A stretch of DNA of 64,000 nucleotides from Octopus sinensis (taxonomy: Eukaryota): assembly GCF_006345805.1 (NCBI RefSeq), contig NC_043011.1, forward strand, positions 1,488,001 through 1,552,000. Direction: 5' to 3'. Position numbers and translations under genes: made by a program. The notes beneath the pieces are model-generated. The model was not told where the DNA came from, searched no databases, and worked only from the letters and a program-made list of their open reading frames with translations. Below, piece after piece: positions 24,648 to 38,600 of the stretch. Every line of letters starts with the position of its first letter. The stretch's first letter is position 1.

Positions 24648-24838
24648 ATTTTACTCTCTTATTTGTTTCAGCCATTTAACTGTGGCCATGCTGGAGCACT
24701 GCCTTTAGTTGAACAAATCAACCCCAGGACTGATTCTTTGTAAGCTTAGTACTTATTCTATCGATCTCTATTGCTGAACCACTAAGTTACGGGGAAGTAA
24801 ACACACTAGCATCGATGTGTTAATAATACTAACAAACA
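24648..24838 (-). mobile_element. SINE family A 3' half
   Basis: cttgtttcag-like tail and ggccatgctggagcactgcctttagt. Confidence 0.85.
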
Positions 24839-24849
24839 CACCCATCCTT

Positions 24850-25762
24850 TGGACGGTTTAAGTTGCTTTGGTGGTATTTTTTTCACTTTGTTCCAGGTGT
24901 TACCTGAGCTCAGTAATCTGTTTGCTCTGTGGTATCTCCCATGAAGTAAATATGAAGCAATTTGTGTTCAACATTGTTGACAGCAAGAATAGAGCCTATT
25001 TAATAATAGGTTTGGCCCTGAAATTTGAACGTTAGCATATAGGAGTCTTCATGAATGGGTTTGTGACTGAAACTTGCCATCGGGAAGGCAGAGTTATAAG
25101 CAAGAAATTTCTGTATAAATTGTTGTGAATCAGGGTGATGACCAAGGAGTAAAGTGAGGAAAGGCTGAGGAGTGCTTTGCAGGTCAGGCAGGCAGACCTT
25201 TCTGTTTAAGCAGCATAGGCCACTGAATTCTCCAACTCACTTGAGGGCCTTGAAAATGGACATGTTACAGACATAGCTCCTATAACAGTCTCTCGATAAG
25301 TGCTGTAATCCTTGGCAGAATCGTAGTTGAGTGCCTTTAATGCCCGTCAATGATTTCTAGTTGCCATGGGTAAGAGCTTTCCAGTGAACATTAGACTGCT
25401 GTCTCATCATCCAACAGTTACCAACATCTGTCAACCTCACAACAGAAGTGGAATCCCTAGAAGAGAGGGCTATTTGTCAGGCATGCAACTCTTTTCCCTT
25501 TCTTCTAGGGATTCTTTGGTCATTTGTGGAAGAAGTGGATGCAGCATTGCATGCCCGACGGATAGCACTCTTTTGTGGGGTTTCTGCAGCCCTTGCATCA
25601 ACAGCACACACTCGATAGGTTTCATGCTGCTCTGGCATAGTTGCAGCTCTTTTCAACAGTCTACAGGAACCTCTGGTCCTCAGTTTTCTTATCCTGCCAG
25701 CGCTGCTGCCTTGCCACTGCAGAAGACTTTCTGCCAATGCATACTCTCTTTTTAAGTGGCAT
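24850..25762 (-). pseudogene. Autonomous Helitron RepHel N-terminal remnant
   Basis: ATG at 25762 (MPLKKRVCIGRKSSAVARQ); ALNYDSAKDYS...IGAMSVTCPF...ALK*VGEFSGLCC (zinc ribbon); YNSAFPMASF and FKFQGQTYY*IGSI (cf. YNSAFQMTSF, FKVQGQVYHxIGSL). Confidence 0.85.
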
Positions 25763-25857
25763 GCTTAGAAAAGGAAAATGGGTTCTAGTGTACCAAGTGA
25801 TTATCGATTTTGTTATAAGCTAACAAAAGCCCCTTTATTCTGTCTTCCCACATAGCC

Positions 25858-26075
25858 TCTTTACTCTTTTTACTCTTTTACTTGTTTCAGTCATTTGACT
25901 GCGGCCATGCTGGAGCACCACCTTTAGTCGAGCAAATTGACCCCGGGACTTATTCTTTGTAAGCCCAGTACTTATTCTATCGATCTCTTTTACCGAACCG
26001 CTAAGTGATGGGGACATAGACACACACCAACATCGGTTGTCAAGCAATGCTAGGGGGACAAACACAGACACACAA

Positions 26076-26106
<31 letters not shown>

Positions 26107-26276
26107 CATATATACAACAGGCTTTTTTCAGTTTCCATCTACCAAATCCACTCACAAGGCTTTGGTCGGCCCGGGGCTATAGCAGAAGACACTTGCCCAA
26201 GATGCCACACAGTGGGATTGAACCCAGAACCATGTGGTTGGTTAGCAAGCTACTTACCACACAGCCACTCCTGCCT
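25858..26276 (-). mobile_element. SINE family A, full length
   Basis: As 23049-23474. Confidence 0.93.
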
Positions 26277-26959
26277 CATAAAGTGAAATTGGTATACAGC
26301 TTTTGCTAGTGGAAGCAAAACTCTTATTTAATGGTTGATTCTTTGAGATTAATCATATGTGATTGTTGAAAAAAGGCTAGAATGACAATGCTAAAACCTA
26401 TTTGAAACAATAGACAGCAATCGAAATATCATAATGGATGGGTAAATAAGCATCCTTAAAGTGAAACAACACATTGGTAGGTAAAGAAAGGTATCAACAA
26501 ATGGAAGAGAAGGAAGGGAACATCACCTTTCAAGTAACTCAGAATAGAGAAAGGTAAGATTGCCAAGCTTTAATGTAGTTTAAATATGGAGATTAAGATT
26601 GTTTGGTATTGGATATTCATCGCGTACAGTGTTCCTAGTCAATTCAATCACAGGCAAAAATATTCTCTAATGTATGGAAGGCTCTACATACAAAAGAACT
26701 ATGTACATACATCGAATTTGGAAAATCTTTTAAGTTAACATAAACATTTATTTACAGGAAAGAAAATTACCAGAGATATAACACATGTTGTGCTTAAGAT
26801 AACAGCTAAATAAGATGTTTTGGGATAAATCTTTTAAATTAAAATAGACATTTATTTACATGAAAGTAAAATGACAGCTTCCAAATCTTGTTTCCTGACT
26901 GGGTCACCATGCAGGTGGACAATCAAAGTAAATAAATAGACAAAATCCTTTCACTTTTA

Positions 26960-27168
26960 TAAAAAGATTAAAAAAAGTATGGAAGACCCTAGATACACAA
27001 AGCTATGTCCATTTACGTAGGAGTTCTGGGCAAAATGCTATAGTGCATGACTATTCTTGGGATATAAGGAATGTGTGTGTAAAGTTTGAAGAAAATCGGT
27101 TGAGAATTGTGGAAATGTATGCATTAGTCATTATACATGCACATACTGCAATTTGTATATACTAGATA
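26960..27168 (-). mobile_element. Old non-autonomous Helitron-like 5' remnant
   Basis: aaagtttgaagaaaatcggttgagaattgtgg...tatatactagat resembles such elements; 3' end not seen. Confidence 0.4.
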
Positions 27169-27221
27169 ATATAATAAATGATAAATATTAATAAATATTA
27201 AATAACTATATATATCATCAT

Positions 27222-27420
27222 CATTTAATGTCTGTTTTCCATGGTGGCATGGGTTGAACGGTTTGACTGGAGCTGGCAAATCTGGGGTCTGCACCAGGCT
27301 ACATTGTCTGTTTTGGTATGGTTTCTATGGCAGGAGGCCCTTCCCATTGCCAACCACTTTACAGAGTGTACAGCATGCCTTTTTTATGTAACACTAGCAC
27401 CAGTGCTTTTTACATGGCAC
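27222..27420 (-). mobile_element. RTE 3'-end fragment
   Basis: catcatcatttaatgtctgttttccatggtggcatgggttgaacgg...cttcccattgccaaccact. Confidence 0.8.
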
Positions 27421-28079
27421 ACACACACAAAATTTTATGTAACTTTTATATATTGCTTTTCTGTATTCTTTGAAATAGAAAGAAACTTCAGTTTCATAAC
27501 ATCTTGAAATTCTTAATAGGCCAATGACAGAAAACAAAGAAATAATAAACCATTACTTGCATGGTGAACAGTGAAATGATTTGAAATGATGGCTTGCATA
27601 TTTATTCTTAATATGTTCCAACAGATTTCAACACATATATACTAAACACAGTTGTGTTTGTCACAGGTGAACCAGCTTCTTCTTTATCATTTTATTGTTG
27701 TATGTTTTCACTACTCTTACCATTCTTAGCCTTAATTACTCCAAGTAATTTGTTGCCACTCAACCTGCGTGATTTCACTTCAAGGTATACAAAACACAAA
27801 ACCTTCTTTGGTTTCAAGTGTTCATATTTCCATTAAATCTTCTACGATAATTTTGTGTAAAGAACCTTTTATGTTCCAAACACCAGCTTCATAATAACAT
27901 TTTGTGTATTTAATTCTTTCCAAAGAAAAATAGATACAAAAAGATTAATTTAATTCTTTCTTCCATTTTTATGTTTATGCTTGTGATTATCTAAGTTTGC
28001 AAACGTGTGTGTGTGTGTGCATGCATGTGTGTGTTGACCTCCATTGCCAGCAATACATAAACAAAATCAGTCTTCTATA

Positions 28080-28119
<40 letters not shown>

Positions 28120-28218
28120 ATGTATGTATGTATGTATGTATGTATGTATGTATGTATGTATGTACACACACATACATACATACATACATACATACATACA
28201 CGCACATATATATATATT

Positions 28219-28546
28219 AGGCGGCGAGCTGCTAGAAACATTAGCACGCCGGGCGAAATCCGTAGCTGTATTTCGTCTGTCGTTACGTTCCGAGTTCAAA
28301 TTCCGCCGAGGTCGAAAGGCGGCGAGCTGGAAGAAACGTTAGCATGCTGGGCGAAATTCGTAGCCGTATTTCGTCTGTCGTTACGTTCCGAGTTCAAATT
28401 CCGCCGAGGTCGACTTTGCCTTTCATCCTTTCGGGGTCGATAAATTAAGTACCAGTTATGCACTGGGGTCGATGTAGTCGACTTAATCCCTTTGTCTGTC
28501 CTTGTTTGTCCCCTCTGTGTTTAGCCCCTTGTGGGTAGTAAAGAAA
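28219..28546 (+). mobile_element. SINE family B with tandemly duplicated 98-bp tRNA-like head
   Basis: aggcggcgagct...ccgccgaggtcga occurs at 28219 and again at 28317, then a single body and tail. Confidence 0.92.
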
Positions 28547-28594
28547 TATATATATATATATATTACTTTATATAATTATGAATATAATTATAAT

Positions 28595-28825
28595 TAGGGT
28601 TCAGCAAAAAAAAATTTGCTTTGCCACATACCAAACGTTTAGAAATTGCAGCCAAAGAATTTAGCTATTTCTTCCACTGTAAGAAGAATCTCCCAGACAA
28701 TGTATACTCAAAAACAAGTCACGTAGGCATAGAGGTAAAAATAACGAAAGTTCACCCGGCATTTAAGTTTACTGTAAATGGTCCTTTTAACATGCTGAAC
28801 ACTACTTGGTAGAATTATTAATTAC
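28595..28825 (+). repeat. Unclassified interspersed repeat (related minus copy about 8950-9065)
   Basis: tagggttcagcaa...tttagaaattgcagccaaaga matches the reverse complement of about 8990-9065. Confidence 0.6.
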
Positions 28826-28865
28826 TAATTAATTAATTAATCTTACGCTTTATTATATATCTATA

Positions 28866-28919
<54 letters not shown>

Positions 28920-29011
28920 TACATACATATATATACACACACACACATACATACATATATATACACACACACACATGCATGCATACATACATACATACAT
29001 ACATACATACA

Positions 29012-29047
<36 letters not shown>

Positions 29048-29699
29048 TATATAAAACCTTAGATCAGTTTAAATTTATTTGGGACATATTTAATCTGCAC
29101 AAAGGCCATATTCACTGCTAAATTGCCATGGAAAACCTTTCTCATTTTAGACCCTAGGTGTTGAAGAACACCAACAGTGATTTCAAGGTGCCCCCTCTCA
29201 GCAGAATTGGTGAATGCATTTATAGCTTCTTGGCTGTCGTCAGTGTCGAGTATCACAAGAGAGACTATCTTGAAATGACTTTGGAATCACGTTTTATAGT
29301 AAATCAGCATTAAAACATGAGTTCATTATGCATTAGACCTGACTTAAAGAAAATGTCTAAAATGAGATGGGTTCTTCACAGCAAATTAGCTGTGCATACA
29401 ACTTTTGTATGGGTCAAATATGTCCTGAACATATCTGATCTGATCTGTCCGTCTGTCTGTCTGTCTGTCTATATAACGTCATGATCATCATTTAACTCCT
29501 TAGAGTTTTGGTACAGATCCTACAACTGGATGTTCCTTCTGTTGCCAACAACTTTACAGTGTGTACTAGGTGCTTTTTTCATGACGTTGTCAATTAACTC
29601 ACTATATGAAAAAAGTCCACTTAACTGAGTGGGTTTGGAGTAGAGAAGGAAGTGACTTTATACCTGGTTGTGAGAGGCACAGGTGTCTTCCTATAGAGG

Positions 29700-29895
29700 A
29701 GATACATGGTTACCATGCATTATATAAAGGTAGTTGGGTGGATGTTCTTGAACACAGTGAATCAACAATCATCTTGATCCATAGTCATCTCCTCTGTGAA
29801 GCTCAACATCTTGAGATCATCATTCCTTATTTCATCCCATGTCTTCATGAATTTCCTTTTTCCACAAATTTCATCTGCTTTAAGCACTTGGCACG
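29700..29895 (-). pseudogene. RTE ORF 3' end
   Basis: CGKRKFMKTWDEIRNDDLKMLSFTEEMTMDQDDC (cf. GRPRKTWDEVxRxDL..L.LTEEMT.DRD.W). Confidence 0.75.
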
Positions 29896-29938
29896 TCTTT
29901 GAACAGCTATCCCCAAGCAATATAAGTCCTTATTTGCA

Positions 29939-29976
29939 CTGTCCGATGAACGGCAACGGGAAACTCAGAGTAACAG
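29939..29976 (+). ncRNA. Candidate minimal type-I hammerhead ribozyme motif in a Penelope-like terminal fragment
   Basis: CTGT | CCGATGA | ACG-GCAA-CGG | GAA | ACT-CAG-AGT | A | ACAG: stem I CTGT/ACAG, stem III ACT/AGT, GUA triplet. Deviations: U4C and an A-G pair closing stem II. Confidence 0.45.
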
Positions 29977-30184
29977 GTTTTGTTGAATTTTCTACTGCTT
30001 TAAATAAAGCATATTAATCTACCACTGGTATATGAGTACTCTTTTTTCCACCTTGTTTCACATTTATGTGTTTACTCCGGTATATATATATATATATCAA
30101 CATATATTTGCAAGTATTAGCTTATTTGCATTCAAGTCTGACAGAACATATTAAAATTACACCTTGCAAGTCACAGTGCAAATA

Positions 30185-30790
30185 ACAATTTGTCAGTTGA
30201 CAGATATAGGGTAAGGGCCTATATCTTTGCAGAAGTATGTACCAACCTCCATACCCTCAGGAAAAAGATGAACTGTGAACTTTATTCTCCTGTCTGTATA
30301 CATAATTTTCTTTCCTGATTTACTAAAACCATAGTCTTTGCTGTTTACTTTGAGGCTTCTTGATTTCAGGTTTAGCTTTCATGCCTAGAATTTCTTCTCT
30401 AATTCCCTATAGATTCAGTTATGAAAACATCAGTGCATAGAGGTTCCCATGCACCACTAGTCTTAAACACCATTGTGATGGCATGACTCTGATGAATGGG
30501 AGAGGCCCGAAGACTGGACCTTGACGGCCTCCTATTCTTGCATCAAATTGTCACTGAAATCTTTGTTGACTCTCACTTTATTTATTGCATCTTTGTGTAT
30601 AATTTGTGCTGTTCTCACAAGACATTCATCTATATTTAGTCTCCTTAGTAACTACCAAATGACTGTATGTGGTACCCAGTCATATACCTTCTCCAAGTCA
30701 ATGAATGCCAGGAATAGTGGTCTACTTTTAGCTAAGTATTTCTTCAGCATTTTCCACACTAGGGAGATTGTATCAGTAGTATCTCTACCT
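30185..30790 (-). pseudogene. RTE RT fragment
   Basis: Minus strand KYLAKSRPLFLAFIDLEKVYDWVP; shares about 485 bp with 40959-41443. Confidence 0.85.
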
Positions 30791-30911
30791 GTATTCTTCT
30801 ATCTACTTTTAATCTTTATTCTTCTATTTTGAGATACTTGTCCTGCTTTGATTTTTGCTGTCCTTTTCCTCCAATATATATATATATATATATATAATAT
30901 ATATATATATA

Positions 30912-31310
30912 TACTTTTACTCTTTTACTTGTTTCAGTCATTTGACTGTGGCCATGCTAGAGCACCGCCTTTAGTCGAGCAAATCGAACCCAGGACTTAT
31001 TCTTTGTAAGCCTAGTACTTATTCTATCAGTCTCTTTCGCTGAACTGCTAAGTTACAGGGATGTAAACACACCAGCATCGGTTGTCTAGCGATGTTGGGG
31101 GGGACAAACACATACACACATATATATATATATATATACATATATACGATGGGCTTCTTCCAGTTCCCATCTACCAAATCCACTCACAAGGCTTTGGTCA
31201 GCCCGAGGCTATACTAGAAGACTCTTGGTCAAGGTGCCATGCAGTGGGACTTAACCCGGAACCATGTGGTTGGTAAGCAAGCTACTTACCACACAGCCAC
31301 TTCTATGCCT
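30912..31310 (-). mobile_element. SINE family A, full length
   Basis: As above. Confidence 0.92.
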
Positions 31311-31324
31311 AAATAAAGGTACAA

Positions 31325-31462
31325 CTTGTTTTTGCCAGCTGAGTGGAGAGGAGCAACGTGAAATAGAGTGTCTTGCTCAAGGACACAACACATCGCCGAG
31401 AATTGAACTCACGACCTTACAATCATGAGTCGAATGCCCTAACCACTAAGCCACGCGCCTTC
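31325..31462 (-). mobile_element. CORE-type tRNA SINE fragment
   Basis: gtgtcttgctcaaggacacaac (CORE motif) plus gaattgaactcacgacc...ctaaccactaagccacgcgcct (tRNA head, antisense). Confidence 0.85.
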
Positions 31463-32195
31463 ATTAAAATGAGAATATATACATATTTATACATGCATAT
31501 ATATACACACATATATAAACATACGTATAGGCCTTGCATTATATCTCTAATGATTGTTTCCAATAATAAAATATAGAATTTTTTTTCTGTTTTGTAACTA
31601 CCTTTTTTTCTCTTACTTTTCATTTGTGTACCTGTTGCTAAGAAGTCATATTTCACCTATTTTTTACCTAATGACCCAACATTCTAACCTTGCTACTATG
31701 ATTATATCCAAATGTTTTCAATATATCCAAATATAGAAACATATAATAAATGTTATCTTCCTTTGTCACTATTTGGAGCTTCCCAATTATTTTCCTTCCC
31801 TATTTAAAATTGTGTTTTCTTTATTAAATGACTTGTAATAGTATAAAATATTTCCCCCCTAGTTTTCACTACCTCTACATATATATCAAATGCAGCAAAT
31901 ACAATGCTGTGAAATGGGTGAAACAACAAATTTTAATCATACATCTGTTGCCATTAGATGCAATCAATCTAAAAATGGAGGTAAATACAATTGCATCTAC
32001 ACTTAGTCTTGCTGTGAATTTATACCCCCACCAGAAACCAAACACTTTCCTTGTTATTTAACAATTCATCAGGATTTACTTAATCTGCTTTCCTAAGATA
32101 ATGAGCGATATTAACTGAAGGCTACTTATTGAAATGTAAACAAGACTGTGCTAGATACCAACTTATTTACGTAGCAATATATAACTCATGCTGTA

Positions 32196-32600
32196 TACTC
32201 TTTTACTTGTTTCAGTCGTTTGACCGTGGCCATGCTGGAGCACCACCTTTTAGTCGAGCAAATCGACCCTAGGACTTATTCTTTGTAAGCCCAGTACTTA
32301 TTCTATCGGCCTCTTTTGCCGAACCGCCAAGTTACCGGGATGTAAACACAGCAGCATCGGTTGTCAAGCGATGTTGGGGGGACAAACACAGACACACAAA
32401 CATATACACACACATAATACATATGTATATATATATATACGACAGGCTTCTTTCAGTTTCCGTCTACCAAATCCACTCACAAGGCTTTGGTTGACCCGAG
32501 GCTATAGTAGAAGACTCTTGGTCAAGGTGCCACGCAGTGGGACTGAACCCAGAACCATGTGGTTGGTAAACAAGCTACTTACCACACGGCCACTCCTCTC
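32196..32600 (-). mobile_element. SINE family A, full length
   Basis: As above. Confidence 0.92.
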
Positions 32601-32619
32601 TACATGGGATACCGGCTAG

Positions 32620-35600
32620 CCTTTAATGAATCCCACATCAATGTTTGGGCATCTAAGCTGCTGTTGAGTAGTTATATGATTAAGGATTCAAGTTGTGTTT
32701 AGAGTGGGAGCATGTGAAGTGGACTTGATTAATACGAATTGGACTTGACTCCTTGGGATTCATTAATGGATCCTAATAGCTTGGTTATACTATGGTTATT
32801 AATATACCATGGTAATTTATTGCTTGTTGTCATTTTTGAGTATCACATATCCGTTATGCATGATCAAAGTATGCAAAATGATTTAATTTCTTTGGTTTTA
32901 TGGGAGAATTAACAGAGCTAAAATGCTCTGGAAAATGCGCGGTTTAAAAAACATCAAAAATTGAATTAAAAGTTTGGCTTATAGATCAATATTCTGATAT
33001 GAGTTATTGCAGTGGAAGTTTGATATTTCCAGGCTCCATGTTTCAGTTTTTGCAATTAATTTTCTACTATTCTTCTGTCATTTTTAAGTGCATTTTCACA
33101 TATTTTAAACTGAGAAACTTTTTCATTTGATGTGCACACTCATATTGTTTTTGGTACACACTCTCAATACTTTTAACTACAATACTCAGCACTCTCAAAT
33201 TGTTTTTGGTACACACTCTCAATACTTTTAACTACAATACTCAGCACTCTCAAATTGTTTTTGGAACATACTCTCAATGCTTTTAACTACAATACTCAGC
33301 ACTCTCAAATTGTTTTTGGTACACACTCTCAATACTTTTAACTACAATACTCAGCACTCTCATATTGATTTTGGTACACAATCTCAATACTTTTAACTAC
33401 AATACTCAGCACTCTCGAATTGTTTTTGGTACACACTCTCAATACTTTTAACTACAATACTCAGCACTCTCATATTGTTTTTGGTACACAATCTCAATAC
33501 TTTTAACTACAATACTCAGCACTCTCATATTGATTTTGGTACACAATCTCAATACTTTTAACTACAATACTCAGCACTCTCAAATTGTTTTTGGAACATA
33601 CTCTCAATGCTTTTAACTACAATACTCAGCACTCTCATATTGTTTTTGGTACACACTCTCAATACTTTTAACTACAATACTCAGCACTCTCGAATAGGTT
33701 TTGGTACACGCTCTCAATACTTTTAACTACAATACTCAGCACTCTCATATTGTTTTTGGTACACACTCTCAACACTTTTAACTACAATACTCAGCACTCT
33801 CATATTGTTTTTGGTACACACTCTCAATACTTTTAACTACAATACTCAGCACTCTCGAATTGTTTTTGGAACACACTCTCAATACTTTTAACTACAATAC
33901 TCAGCACTCTCATATTGTTTTTGGTACACACTCTCAACACTTTTAACTACAATACTCAGCACTCTCATATTGTTTTTGGTACACACTCTCAATGCTTTTA
34001 ACTACAATACTCAGCACTCTCGAATTGTTTTTGGTACACACTCTCAATACTTTAAACTACAATACTCAGCACTCTCATATTGTTTTTGGTACACACTCTC
34101 AATACTTTTAACTACAATACTCAGCACTCTCGAATAGGTTTTGGTACACGCTTTCAATTCTTTTAACTACAATACTCAGCACTCTCATATTGTTTTTGGT
34201 ACACGCTCTCAATACTTTTAACTACAATACTCAGCACTCTCATATTGTTTTTGGTACACACTCTCAATACTTTTAACTACAATACTCAGCACTCTCGAAT
34301 TGTTTTTGGTACACGCTCTCAATAATTTTAACTACAATACTCAGCACTCTCATATTGTTTTTGGTACACACTCTCAATACTTTTAACTACAATACTCAGC
34401 ACTCTCATATTGTTTTTGGTACACACTCTCAATACTTTTAACTACAATACTCAGCACTCTCATATTGTTTTTGGTACACACTCTCAATGCTTTTAACTAC
34501 AATACTCAGCACTCTCGAATTGTTTTTGGTACACACTCTCAATACTTTTAACTACAATACTCAGCACTCTCATATTGTTTTTGGTACACACTCTCAACAC
34601 TTTTAACTACAATACTCAGCACTCTCATATTGTTTTTGGTACACACTCTCAATGCTTTTAACTACAATACTCAGCACTCTCGAATTGTTTTTGGTACACA
34701 CTCTCAATACTTTAAACTACAATACTCAGCACTCTCATATTGTTTTTGGTACACACTCTCAATACTTTTAACTACAATACTCAGCACTCTCGAATAGGTT
34801 TTGGTACACGCTCTCAATTCTTTTAACTACAATACTCAGCACTCTCATATTGTTTTTGGTACACGCTCTCAATACTTTTAACTACAATACGCAGCACTCT
34901 CATATTGTTTTTGGTACACACTCTCAATACTTTTAACTACAATACTCAGCACTCTCGAATTGTTTTTGGTACACGCTCTCAATAATTTTAACTACAATAC
35001 TCAGCACTCTCATATTGTTTTTGGTACACACTCTCAATACTTTTAACTACAATACTCAGCACTCTCAAATTGTTTTTGGTACACACTCTCAATACTTTTA
35101 ACTACAATACTCAGCACTCTCATATTGTTTTTGGTACGCACTCTCAATGCTTTTAACTACAATACTCAGCACTCTCGAATTGTTTTTGGTACACACTCTC
35201 AATACTTTTAACTACAATACTCAGCACTCTCATATTGTTTTTGGTACACACTCTCAATACTTTTAACTACAATACTCAGCACTCTCGAATTGTTTTTGGT
35301 ACACGCTCTCAATAATTTTAACTACAATACTCAGCACTCTCATATTGTTTTTGGTACACACTCTCAATACTTTTAACTACAATACTCAGCACTCTCAAAT
35401 TGTTTTTGGTACACACTCTCAATACTTTTAACTACAATACTCAGCACTCTCATATTGTTTTTGGTACACACTCTCAATGCTTTTAACTACAATACTCAGC
35501 ACTCTCGAATTGTTTTTGGTACACACTCTGAATACTTTTAACTACAATACTCAGCACTCTCATATTGTTTTTGGTACACACTCTCAATACTTTTAACTAC

Positions 35601-38600
35601 AATACTCAGCACTCTCGAATAGTTTTTGGTACACGCTCTCAATACATTTAACTACAATACTCAGCACTCTCATATTGTTTTTGGTACACACTCTCAATAC
35701 TTTTAACTACAATACTCAGCACTCTCGAATTGTTTTTGGTACACGCTCTCAATACTTTTAACTACAATACTCAGCACTCTCATATTGTTTTTGGTACACA
35801 CTCTCAATACTTTTAACTACAATACTCAGCACTCTCATATTGTTTTTGGTACACGCTCTCAATACTTTTAACTACAATACTCAGCACTCTCATATTGTTT
35901 TTGGTACACACTCTCAATACTTTTAACTACAATACTCAGCACTCTCATATTGTTTTTGGTACACACTCTCAATACTTTTAACTACAATACTCAGCACTCT
36001 CATATTGTTTTTGGTACACACTCTCAATACTTTTAACTACAATACTCAGCACTCTCGAATTGTTTTTGGTACACACTCTCAATACTTTTAACTACAATAC
36101 TCAGCACTCTCATATTGTTTTTGGTACACACTCTCAATACTTTTAACTACAATACTCAGCACTCTCGAATTGTTTTTGGTACACGCTCTCAATACTTTTA
36201 ACTACAATACTCAGCACTCTCGAATTGTTTTTGGAACATACTCTCAATACTTTTAACTACAATACTCAGCACTCTCATATTGTTTTTGGTACACACTCTC
36301 AATACTTTTAACTACAATACTCAGCACTCTCGAATTGTTTTTGGAACATACTCTCAATACTTTTAACTACAATACTCAGCACTCTCATATTGTTTTTGGT
36401 ACACACTCTCAATACTTTTAACTACAATACTCAGCACTCTCATATTGTTTTTGGTACACACTCTCAATACTTTTAACTACAATACTCAGCACTCTCGAAT
36501 TGTTTTTGGAACATACTCTCAATACTTTTAACTACAATACTCAGCACTCTCATATTTTTTTGGTACACACTCTCAATACTTTTAACTACAATACTCAGCA
36601 CTCTCGAATTGTTTTTGGTACACACTCTCAATACTTTTAACTACAATACTCAGCACTCTCATATTGTTTTTGGTACACACTCTCAATACTTTTAACTACA
36701 ATACTCAGCACTCTCGAATTGTTTTTGGAACATACTCTCAATACTTTTAACTACAATACTCAGCACTCTCATATTGTTTTTGGTACACACTCTCAATACT
36801 TTTAACTACAATAGTCAGCACTCTCATATTGTTTTTGGTACACACTGTCAATACTTTTAACTACAATACTCAGCACTCTCGAATTGTTTTTGGTACACGC
36901 TCTCAATACTTTTAACTACAATACTCAGCACTCTCATATTGTTTTTGGTACACACTCTCAATACTTTTAACTACAATACTCAGCACTCTCGAATTGTTTT
37001 TGGTACACACTCTCAATGCTTTTAACTACAATACTCAGCACTCTCATATTGTTTTTGGTACACACTCTCAATACTTTTAACTACAATACTCAGCACTCTC
37101 GAATTGTTTTTGGTACACGCTCTCAATACTTTTAACTACAATACTCAGCACTCTCATATTGTTTTTGGTACACACTCTCAATACTTTTAACTACAATACT
37201 CAGCACTTTCGAATTGTTTTTGGTACACACTCTCAATGATTGTAACTACAATACTCAGCACTCTCGAATTGTTTTTGGTACACGCTCTCAATGCTTTTAA
37301 CTACAGTACTCAGCACTGTCAAATTGTTTTTGGTATACGCTCTCAATAATTTTAACTACAATACTCAGCACTCTATTGTTTTTGGTACACACTCTCAATA
37401 CTTTTAACTACAATACTCAGCACTCTCAAAGTTTTTGGTACACACTCTCAATACTTTTAACTACAATACTCAGCACTCTCATATTGTTTTTGGTACACAC
37501 TCTCAATGCTTTTAACTACAATACTCAGCACTCTCGAATTGTTTTTGGTACACACTCTCAATACTTTTAACTACAATACTCAGCACTCTCATATTGTTTT
37601 TGGTACACACTCTCAATACTCTTAACTACAATACTCAGCACTCTCGAATGTTTTTGGTACACGCTCTCAATAATTTTAACTACAATACTCAGCACTCTCA
37701 TATTGTTTTTGGTACACACTCTCAATACTTTTAACTACAATACTCAGCACTCTCAAATTGTTTTTGGTACACACTCTCAATACTTTTAACTACAATACTC
37801 AGCACTCTCATATTGTTTTTGGTACACACTCTCAATGCTTCAATACTCAGCACTCTCGAATTGTTTTTGGTACACACTCTCAATACTTTTAACTACAATA
37901 CTCAGCACTCTCATAGTTTTTTGGTACACACTCTCAATACTTTTAACTACAATACTCAGCACTCTCGAATAGTTTTTGGTACACGCTCTCAATACTTTTA
38001 ACTACAATACTCAGCACTCTCATATTGTTTTTGGTACACACTCTCAATACTTTTAACTACAATACTCAGCACTCTCGAATTGTTTTTGGTACACGCTCTC
38101 AATACTTTTAACTACAATACTCAGCACTCTCATATTCTTTTTGGTACACACTCTCAATACTTTTAACTACAATACTCAGCACTCTCGAATTGTTTTTGGT
38201 ACACGCTCTCAATACTTTTAACTACAATACTCAGCACTCTCATATTGTTTTTGGTACACACTCTCAATACTTTTAACTACAATACTCAGCACTCTCATAT
38301 TGTTTTTGGTACACACTCTCAATACTTTTAACTACAATACTCAGCACTCTCATATTGTTTTTGGTACACACTCTCAATACTTTTAACTACAATACTCAGC
38401 ACTCTCGAATTGTTTTTGGTACACACTCTCAATACTTTTAACTACAATACTCAGCACTCTCATATTGTTTTTGGTACACACTCTCAATACTTTTAACTAC
38501 AATACTCAGCACTCTCGAATTGTTTTTGGTACACGCTCTCAATACTTTTAACTACAATACTCAGCACTCTCGAATTGTTTTTGGAACATACTCTCAATAC

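Noticed and set aside
25366-25755. 129-aa plus-strand ORF and 86-aa minus-strand ORF
   Set aside because: Antisense or alternative frames of the Helitron RepHel remnant.
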